Translations under genes and position numbers: made by a program | Notes under the pieces: model-generated | The model's input: the letters and a program-made list of their open reading frames with translations, nothing else | The model's database searches: none | What the model was told of the DNA's origin: nothing | Source: Halogeometricum borinquense DSM 11551 | GTDB taxonomy: Archaea; Halobacteriota; Halobacteria; Halobacteriales; Haloferacaceae | NCBI RefSeq assembly: GCF_000172995.2 | Contig: NC_014729.1 | Location: 1,620,001-1,652,000 of the forward strand | Direction: 5' to 3' | DNA: 32,000 nucleotides | Shown: positions 23,620-31,054 of the stretch, piece by piece | Numbering within the stretch: the first letter of the stretch is position 1 | Layout of the letters: each line of letters begins with the position of its first letter

Positions 23620-24864
23620 ATGGACCTCTCGACAGCGTTTCGCCGCACACGGCGCTCACGTCCGCGCCTGTTCTGGCTCTCCGCCGTTACGCTGGCGTCG
23701 TTGCTCGTGTTTCCCGCCGTTGAAATCGCCCTCCAGTCGGCGAACCTCGTCCCCGGATTCACGTTCTACGACTTCCGTGGCGCCTTCTATACTGCTGGAG
23801 AACGATTCCTCTCTGGAAAGAACCTGTACGCCGACGTACACAACCCGTACGTCTATCCGCCCGTCGTCGTCCTCCTGTTTGCACCCTTCACTGTCGTCTC
23901 TCCGTGGATGGCGGGTCTGTTGTGGAATGTCTTCTCGCTGGCTGTGTTAGGTGCGGGACTATTCGCGCTCGTTCGCTCCTTCGGAGTTCGCCTTTCGATT
24001 CCGTCGAAAGCCGTTCTACTGTGGGCACTGGTCGGGTTCTTCCCGACGATTTTGTGGCTCAAAGCTGGGCAAGTATCTGGCTTCCTCACGGGACTGTTCT
24101 GCTTTGCCGTTGCAGCACACCGACGGAGTTGGCAAGATGATGATTCTACCACGCTCGCATTAGCTAGCGGTGCGCTGACGACGATTTCAAGTTCGTTCAA
24201 GCCGTTCTACGCACCGTCTGGCGCGCACCTCCTCCGCGACAAGAAACGTTTTGTCGGAGCTGTCGCCGCCGTTGTGGGAATCGTCGGACTGAGTCTCTTC
24301 TTCGGCGTTGAGACGTTCACTGACTACCTCGGTGTTCTCACGCACGGCAAGGGTTGGGGACAGGCCACTGAACCCGGCGGAATCAGCACCGACATTACCA
24401 ACTGGGGCCCGTTCTTCTTCCGGCCGCTGTACTTTTTCGGATCGGCTGCGCTGTACATCCGTCTCGCGTTGACATTCGGCGTCGCCGGACTCGTCCTGTA
24501 TAGTCGCCGCGATGACTCAGCACGGTCGGAGTACGCCGCACTCGCACTCGGACTGACGACAATTCCGCTGGCCAGTCCGATCCCCGACCTGTTCGCTGTC
24601 ACACCTCTTATCCCCGCATTTATCGTTTCGCTGTTCAACGAACTCCAACTTGACGACGGTCTCCCCGAGATTCCTGTTCTGTCCGTACTCCTATTCCACG
24701 TTCACGCGTATACACTCGGATTCTTCGCAGGATTCGGTGCTACTATCATCCCTGCGGTTTCTGCTCTTGAACCATTATTGCCGTTCTTGCAGGCGGGGAT
24801 GTGGGCGCTGGCGCTCATGTTTGGACTCCAAGTGTATCGAATCGGCCAATCTGTTCGCGCCTAA
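23620..24864 (+). CDS. GT87/DUF2029-like GT-C membrane glycosyltransferase, paralog 2
   Basis: 414 aa with the same architecture as paralog 1. The shared blocks are DFRGAFYTAGERFLSGKNLYADVHNPYVYPPVVVLLFAPF, GFFPTILWLKAGQVSGFL, TNWGPFFFRP and LFAVTPLIPAF, all colinear with 22242-23498. Confidence 0.5.
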   Translation: MDLSTAFRRTRRSRPRLFWLSAVTLASLLVFPAVEIALQSANLVPGFTFYDFRGAFYTAGERFLSGKNLYADVHNPYVYPPVVVLLFAPFTVVSPWMAGLLWNVFSLAVLGAGLFALVRSFGVRLSIPSKAVLLWALVGFFPTILWLKAGQVSGFLTGLFCFAVAAHRRSWQDDDSTTLALASGALTTISSSFKPFYAPSGAHLLRDKKRFVGAVAAVVGIVGLSLFFGVETFTDYLGVLTHGKGWGQATEPGGISTDITNWGPFFFRPLYFFGSAALYIRLALTFGVAGLVLYSRRDDSARSEYAALALGLTTIPLASPIPDLFAVTPLIPAFIVSLFNELQLDDGLPEIPVLSVLLFHVHAYTLGFFAGFGATIIPAVSALEPLLPFLQAGMWALALMFGLQVYRIGQSVRA

Positions 24865-24928
24865 CGGTCCCGAGGGGGCGGTTGCGTCAGGTATATGTGC
24901 TGAGTTAGAGTAGGGCGCGACAGACACG

Positions 24929-25657
24929 ATGGTTTCTGGCGACATTGCCGACGCCGACGGCCCGATGGACGCAGTTCCGGGCCCCGGACGCGACGCGTGT
25001 GACGCTCATGCGGCACTCGACGTAGAAGCCGTACTCTCGGACACTTCGGTTGTGATCCCGAGCCGGGACGAGCAGAACTACACGAGCAAGAGCGTCCCCG
25101 ACTGGCTTGAGGTCGTCGTCCGGACAGACGACGGGCGAAGCGTCGCCCGCAACCGCGGCGTTGAAGAGGCAACGGGTGAGTGGATTGTTCTCGCCGACGA
25201 TGACATTACGTTCCCGACCACGCTGACAGCTATGCTCGTTGACTCTATGCATACGTGCCATCTCGCTGGTCTGGAGGATTTCTGGCCGATGGACACGCTA
25301 CTGACTCGGTACATGGTCTTTCACCGGTCGCTGTGGGACGCCGTTGGCGGTTTTGATGAGAGTCGAGAACACGGTGAAGACTCCGACTTTGTCTACCGAT
25401 GCGCGGACGCAGGGGCAAAGATACGTCCGCTTCCTCGTAACATCGTTCCACACCACGACGCCGATACCGAGTTCTCCGCGCTTGAACACGTCGAATGGCT
25501 CTGGTATCTCCTGCGGCGACATCCGGTTCGCATGGCTCCGAAAGCGGCGCTGTTGGGTCTCCAGAAGCTTGGACTGGTCGAACCTCCCGTGACAGACTAC
25601 CCGGATGGGTGGTCTAGCCAACTCATTCAGCCTTCCGGAGAGGGAGACGAGAGATGA
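24929..25657 (+). CDS. Small GT-A/GT2-like glycosyltransferase
   Basis: The motifs are SVVIPSRDE, ARNRGVEEATGEWIVLADDDITF (the DxD region) and FHRSLWDAVGGFDE. The stop overlaps the next start (ATGA at 25654-25657). The true start could be an internal Met. Confidence 0.55.
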   Translation: MVSGDIADADGPMDAVPGPGRDACDAHAALDVEAVLSDTSVVIPSRDEQNYTSKSVPDWLEVVVRTDDGRSVARNRGVEEATGEWIVLADDDITFPTTLTAMLVDSMHTCHLAGLEDFWPMDTLLTRYMVFHRSLWDAVGGFDESREHGEDSDFVYRCADAGAKIRPLPRNIVPHHDADTEFSALEHVEWLWYLLRRHPVRMAPKAALLGLQKLGLVEPPVTDYPDGWSSQLIQPSGEGDER

Positions 25658-26844
25658 ATATCGTTCACATCACGGCGGGTCTCGTTCCAATCCACGGTGA
25701 GTTCGGCGGCGGCGTCGAGCGCCATATCCGAGCAGTCACGACGGGTCTTGCTGCCCGGGACCACAATGTGACAGTCGTGGACCGCCGCCACGATGTTGAT
25801 GACCCACTCAGCATTGACGGGGTTGATGTACTCCGACTCGCGGCCCCACGGGTCCAGACAGGTCTACTTGACGGGTGGTTGGACCACGTGCTGAACGAGT
25901 GTTTGTACTCGGCCGGTCTTCGCCGTGCCCAAGAGCGAATTGCCGAGGCCGATGTGGTCCACGCGCATAACATGTACGCGGGCCTTGCCGCGCGGCGCCT
26001 CGCCCGGAAAGCACGAGTTCCATTCGTCTATACCTGCCACAACGGAATGTGGTGTACTGACGACGTGAACACCTACGAACAACAAGTCGTCCGCCGCTTT
26101 GAGGGGAGTTTGATGCGAGATGCCGATGCGTCAATCGCTGTGAGCGAAGCCGTCGCTGACGGGGCACGTACGTACGGCGACGCCGACCCGACGGTGATTC
26201 CGAATGGTGTTGACACCGAGATCTACGGCCCCGATGCGGACACCCGTTCAGTCGAAGACACCTACGAGCTCGACGGCCGAAAGACCGTCCTCTTCGTTGG
26301 TCGTCTCGCCCGAGCAAAAGGGGTTGATGTCCTCGTCAAGGCCGCTCGTGACGTACTCGACAGCAGCAACGACCCGGTCCGGTTTGTCCTCGTCGGTCCT
26401 GACAAACACATGTTCGGCGGATCTGCCGCAGAGTCGTATCCTACGGAGATACGGCGTTTGCTTGATGAATTGGGCGTCCGAGACGACTTCGTATTCGCCG
26501 GACAGGTATCTGATGAGGAACTTGTCTCCCTCTACACGGCCGCCGATGCGTTCGTCCTTCCGTCACGGTACGAGGCGCAGGGGATGGTCCTCTTGGAGGC
26601 ACTCGCCAGCGGAACGCCTGTTGTCGGAACAGATGTCGGTGGCATCTCCGAAGTCGTTACCAGCGATGTCGGCCGTGTTGTCCCACCTGAGGCCCCGGTG
26701 CAGTTAGCAGAGGCACTCCTCGCTGTCCTCGATGCTGACCGAAACGGCGCGATGTCAGTCACCGCCCGTGACTACGCCGAACGGACCTATGCATGGCCAC
26801 GTATCGTCTCCCGAATCGAATCCGTGTACGAGGGGGTCAGATAG
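25654..26844 (+). CDS. GT4 family (GT-B) glycosyltransferase
   Basis: The C-terminal Glycos_transf_1 signature is LFVGRLARAKGVD...VLPSRYEAQGMVLLEALASGTPVVGTDVGGISEVV. Confidence 0.85.
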   Translation: MNIVHITAGLVPIHGEFGGGVERHIRAVTTGLAARDHNVTVVDRRHDVDDPLSIDGVDVLRLAAPRVQTGLLDGWLDHVLNECLYSAGLRRAQERIAEADVVHAHNMYAGLAARRLARKARVPFVYTCHNGMWCTDDVNTYEQQVVRRFEGSLMRDADASIAVSEAVADGARTYGDADPTVIPNGVDTEIYGPDADTRSVEDTYELDGRKTVLFVGRLARAKGVDVLVKAARDVLDSSNDPVRFVLVGPDKHMFGGSAAESYPTEIRRLLDELGVRDDFVFAGQVSDEELVSLYTAADAFVLPSRYEAQGMVLLEALASGTPVVGTDVGGISEVVTSDVGRVVPPEAPVQLAEALLAVLDADRNGAMSVTARDYAERTYAWPRIVSRIESVYEGVR

Positions 26845-28077
26845 ATGCACGTCCTGTTCGTCGGCACGCGCGCGCCACTGACGCCGGAGCGTCGCGGCGC
26901 TATCGAGAAACTCACCTTCGACCTCGCTTCGACGTTGGCGTCTGAGGGGCACGACGCAACGGTTCTCACTGTCGGTGAATCCGGCCGCCGATACACCGCC
27001 GAGGGCGTTCAACTAGTAGAAATAACCGAACCGATAACGCGCCCTCCCTCGCATGTCACGCCCGTCGTGGAGTTCGGTCGCAAAGCACGCCGAGTCGCCG
27101 ACAGAATCCACCGTGAGAATCCGGTGGATGTGGTTCATGCTGTCTACTACCCGAACCTTCTCGGCTTCCGACCTCCCGGCGATGCTCCGCTCGTCGTCGC
27201 CGAGCACAACGCCCACCCGTGGCGGAAGGAGCATCGTTTTATTGAGGAATTGACTATTACACACCGACTCCGCTGGGAGGCTGACACCTACATCAGACTC
27301 GCGGAGGCCCACGCTGCCTTCTTCGGCGCCGAGAGAGTTCTTAGCGTCAGCGACGCCCACGGCGAGTGGATCGACCGAGCGATTCCAGAAGCGCGGTCGA
27401 AGCGCGAGACGATGTACAACTTCGTCGATACAGACGTTTATCGCCCCGATACCGCATCAGAACGCGATATCGACTTCCCCGATGGGAAAACAGTCCTGTA
27501 CGCGGGTCGAAAAGTCCCTCACAAGGGCCTTCACAGGGCAGTCAGTGCGATATCCAAGATGGAGACCGACGCAACACTCGTCGTTCTCGGCCCACTCGGA
27601 AGTGGATTCAGCGATGTGGATTCTCTTGATGGTGTAAATCCCGATGATCTCGAGCCATATCTCGGGAGTGTTATCGAGGATGCACAAAATTCCGGAGTGA
27701 CCGATCAAATCTCGTTCCCTGGCTATGTCGCTGACGCCGACCTTCCGGCCTACTACGCCGCAGCGGATGTCACCACGTTCCCGAGTGTCCTCGAATCGTT
27801 TGGTATGGTCCCGGTGGAATCGATGGCGTGCGGAACACCAGTCGTCGCCCACGACGTGCCGCCGATAGATGAGACGGTTCTTGATGGTGAGACTGGGTTC
27901 CTGACAAACGAGGTGTCGGCGTCGGCACTCGCAGCAGCCCTGGATCGACTTCTCACCGACGATTCTCTTCGAAGCCAGTTCGCTGAACGGGGACGGAATC
28001 GAGCGGTCGAGCGATTCGACATCGAAACCGCCGTACAGGAACATATCCGCTTGTACGAGCGCGTTCACAGCGAGTAA
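26845..28077 (+). CDS. GT4 family (GT-B) glycosyltransferase
   Basis: The signature is YAGRKVPHKGL...TFPSVLESFGMVPVESMACGTPVVAHDVPPIDETV. The ATG directly abuts the previous stop. Confidence 0.85.
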   Translation: MHVLFVGTRAPLTPERRGAIEKLTFDLASTLASEGHDATVLTVGESGRRYTAEGVQLVEITEPITRPPSHVTPVVEFGRKARRVADRIHRENPVDVVHAVYYPNLLGFRPPGDAPLVVAEHNAHPWRKEHRFIEELTITHRLRWEADTYIRLAEAHAAFFGAERVLSVSDAHGEWIDRAIPEARSKRETMYNFVDTDVYRPDTASERDIDFPDGKTVLYAGRKVPHKGLHRAVSAISKMETDATLVVLGPLGSGFSDVDSLDGVNPDDLEPYLGSVIEDAQNSGVTDQISFPGYVADADLPAYYAAADVTTFPSVLESFGMVPVESMACGTPVVAHDVPPIDETVLDGETGFLTNEVSASALAAALDRLLTDDSLRSQFAERGRNRAVERFDIETAVQEHIRLYERVHSE

Positions 28078-28116
28078 AACGTAGCGTATTTTATCCTGTG
28101 TTGTTTCGGTCGTCGT

Positions 28117-29514
28117 ATGCCAGACCCCGCCGACCGACCGCACGTCGTCTTCTTGACGGTCGATTCGCTCCGGCGTGATGATGTCGGTTGTTATGGACAA
28201 CTCGACATTGAGTACGATCTCACCCCGCAAATCGACACGCTCGCAGACGAGGGGGCACGGTTTGATGCTGCCATCAGCAACGGACCGAGTACGCTCTACT
28301 CGTTCCTGGCGAGTCAGACTTCAACGTATCCGCTCGAAGACGAAGAACATACGCGAAACCGACCGTTCCTTGCCGAGGAACTCTCCAAGGGTGGATACGA
28401 GACGGCGGCGTTCGTCACGAACCCCTTCCTGACGACACACTACGGCTTTGACCGTGGGTTCGATCACTTCCGAGATTTCACGGGATCTGAGGCCGATGAC
28501 GAGGGGACGGCAGGTCTCAAGCGGGATTTCATGGATAAACTCAACCGGGCGCTCCGTCGTTCACCGTTCCTATACGAGATTGCAAAAGGGGTTAAGAACT
28601 TCAGTTCGGCTCCGTTCCCCAGAGCGGGGCAAGTCAACGACGAAGTTGTTACGTATCTCGAATCGACCGACGGTGATGACCCGCTGTTCTTGTGGGCACA
28701 CTATATGGATCCGCATCATCCGTATCTGCCCGAACCAGAATACCGTGATCTCCCATTCGTTCCTTCGCTGAGTAAGTGGGAGATCATCCGTTTGTCGGCG
28801 AAGATTGACCTCATCAAGCGCGACGATTACGACCGGACGAACATCACCGACGAAACGCTGTCGAACCTTCGTGCTCTCTATCGCGCACAAATAAAACGTA
28901 CCGACGACGCTATCAAGCGAGTCGTTCGTTCGCTCAAAGAGAATGGTCTGTACGATGATACCCTGCTCATCATTGCCTCAGACCACGGCGACGAGTTCTT
29001 CGAGCACGGGTCGCTCGGACATTCTCCCCAGTTGTACGACGAGCTCATCCACGTCCCGTTCGTCGTCAAGACTCCCGCGGACCATGAGACAATCGAATCG
29101 GTGGAAGGCTTGATGGCTTACCTGGACATCCCACCGACAGTACTTGATTTTGCAGGGATAACACCGCCGTCTTCGATGCGTGGTGAGAGCGTTCGTGAGT
29201 CATTCGAGACGGGAGCAACGGATCGAGAACACGTCATCAGCGAATACACTTACTGGGACGACCGAATCACCTCGCTCCGAACGCCCGAGTGGAAGTACAT
29301 CGTTGATTATCTCCACGACCGAGAGGAACTGTTCGATATCAACACGGATCCGACAGAACAGACGAACGTGCTGTCCGACACTCCAGACGTAGCTGCGGAA
29401 CTCCGCGAAATCGTCCGGACGCATCTTGATGCCGAAGGGGAACACCAGAGTACGGCGTACGATGATATCGACGACGAAATGCGAGGTCAACTCGAAGACC
29501 TCGGCTATCTGTAA
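28117..29514 (+). CDS. Cytoplasmic sulfatase-like hydrolase/transferase (alkaline-phosphatase superfamily) lacking the C/S-x-P-x-R formylglycine motif
   Basis: The AP-superfamily blocks are VVFLTVDSLRRDDVGCYG, TPQIDTLADEGARFD and IIASDHGDEFFEHGSLGHS. At the position of the sulfatase CxPxR motif the sequence is NGPST (28279-28293). There is no signal peptide or transmembrane segment. Confidence 0.75.
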   Translation: MPDPADRPHVVFLTVDSLRRDDVGCYGQLDIEYDLTPQIDTLADEGARFDAAISNGPSTLYSFLASQTSTYPLEDEEHTRNRPFLAEELSKGGYETAAFVTNPFLTTHYGFDRGFDHFRDFTGSEADDEGTAGLKRDFMDKLNRALRRSPFLYEIAKGVKNFSSAPFPRAGQVNDEVVTYLESTDGDDPLFLWAHYMDPHHPYLPEPEYRDLPFVPSLSKWEIIRLSAKIDLIKRDDYDRTNITDETLSNLRALYRAQIKRTDDAIKRVVRSLKENGLYDDTLLIIASDHGDEFFEHGSLGHSPQLYDELIHVPFVVKTPADHETIESVEGLMAYLDIPPTVLDFAGITPPSSMRGESVRESFETGATDREHVISEYTYWDDRITSLRTPEWKYIVDYLHDREELFDINTDPTEQTNVLSDTPDVAAELREIVRTHLDAEGEHQSTAYDDIDDEMRGQLEDLGYL

Positions 29515-29583
29515 CCTCTCTTCACCGCGGAAGACTCTACTGAAGCGGTGGCTATTTGGCAGTGTGCCGCCGAACGCATCTCA

Positions 29584-30997
29584 ATGTCTGATGTCGCCGA
29601 GCGACCGCCGATAGTTTTTCTCACAATCGACTCGCTGCGACGCGACGAAGTTGGTTGCTACGGGGACAGAGGTGTTGATTATGACCTCACTCCCGAAATC
29701 GACTCGCTCGCAGCGGATGGCGTTCGATTCGACACCGCTATCAGCAACGCGCCGAACACGCTCTTCTCGTTCCTTGCGACGCTTACCTCCACGTACCCGT
29801 TAGCTAAGAAGGGCAACACGGCCGGGCGACCCGCAGTGGCTGAAGAACTCTCGGACGCCGGTTACCGGACGGCAGGGTTCCACTCGAATCCGTTTCTCTC
29901 CCGTCACTACGGGTTCCATCGCGGCTTTGATGTGTACCACGACTTCACCGACGGTAGTGGCGATGGCGACGATGACGGTGAATCCTCGCTGACGAACCGG
30001 TTCTTCGAGGTGCTCAATCGAACGCTTCACCGATCTCCTCTCCTGCACGAGTACGCAAAGGAGACAAAGAACTACTTCACGCCACCGTACACGCGCGCTG
30101 GTCCCATCAACGACGCTGCTACCGAGCATCTTCGAAACGTGGACTTCGATGACCCGCAATTCGTCTGGGTCCACTATATGGACGCACACCACCCCTATCT
30201 CCCGACGGGGAAGTACCGAGAACTCCCGTTCCTTCCCGATATTTCACCGGTTCGAACCGTTGACCTTGCAGCAAAGATTGACTTGGTCAAACACCCCGAG
30301 TACGACGGCGCTAGAGCGTCCGTCTCGGAACGTGATGTAGCGGATCTCCGTGCTCTCTACCGAGCACAGGTCAAACGCACCGACGACGCCGTTGGCGAAA
30401 TTGTCGCCGAGCTAAAGCGCCCAGGGAATCTATGAGGAGGCATGTATCGTCATCGCTTCGGACCACGGTGACGAATTCCTCGAACACGGGTCGCTCGGTC
30501 ATTCCCCGCAGTTGTACGACGAACTCATCCACGTCCCGTTCATTGTCAAACCGCCGGCCGAATATGATACAGTAGACGCTATCGAGGATCTGACAGCGTA
30601 TCTCGACATCGGACCGACCTTCCTCGACCTCGCGGGTACCAGCGCACCTGATGAGATGGAGGGTCAGTCGTTCCTTGACGCCCTCGAAAATGGAAAAACG
30701 GAGCGTGAGGCGGTCATCAGCGAGTACGCCAACAGCGGAAAGCGAATCACGTCCCGGCGGACACTCGAGTGGAAGTACATCCTCGACGATTACCACGACC
30801 GAGAGGAACTGTTCGATCTCACAACTGACAGTACCGAACAGACTGACTGCTCTACTGACCGACCGGAAGTACTGGAGTCGTTCCGCGATGCCGTCCGAGA
30901 ACGCATGTCTCATGAGGAGTTCGATACCGACGCATCGTTCGACGACGACGTGGACGAGGAGATGCGACAACAGTTAGAGGACCTCGGCTACCTCTGA
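29584..30997 (+). pseudogene. Tandem paralog of the sulfatase-like gene, disrupted by a 1-nt frameshift
   Basis: Track ORFs 29548-30435 and 30512-30997 are colinear with 28117-29514 (MSDVAERPPIVFLTIDSLRRDE ... DEEMRQQLEDLGYL). The frame breaks at ...AELKR|PGNL*. In the +1 frame the text continues GIYEEACIVIASDHGDEFLEHGSLGHSPQLYDELIHVPF, matching paralog 1. One extra C in the CCC run at 30420-30422 explains the shift. Confidence 0.7.
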
Positions 30998-31054
30998 GAA
31001 CCTCGTGGACGAACCGCGACCTATTTTGCGGCGGTACTTCAACCGAGAGAATAT

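Noticed and set aside
27457-28230. A 257-aa minus-strand ORF spanning the GT4 / sulfatase-like junction.
   Set aside because: It is antisense to two well-supported genes and has no motifs. It would have to read through an intergenic spacer.
30405-30440. Programmed +1/-1 ribosomal frameshifting in the second sulfatase-like gene.
   Set aside because: There is no slippery heptamer or downstream structure, only a CCC run. An intact paralog lies immediately upstream, so pseudogenisation or a sequencing indel is the simpler explanation.
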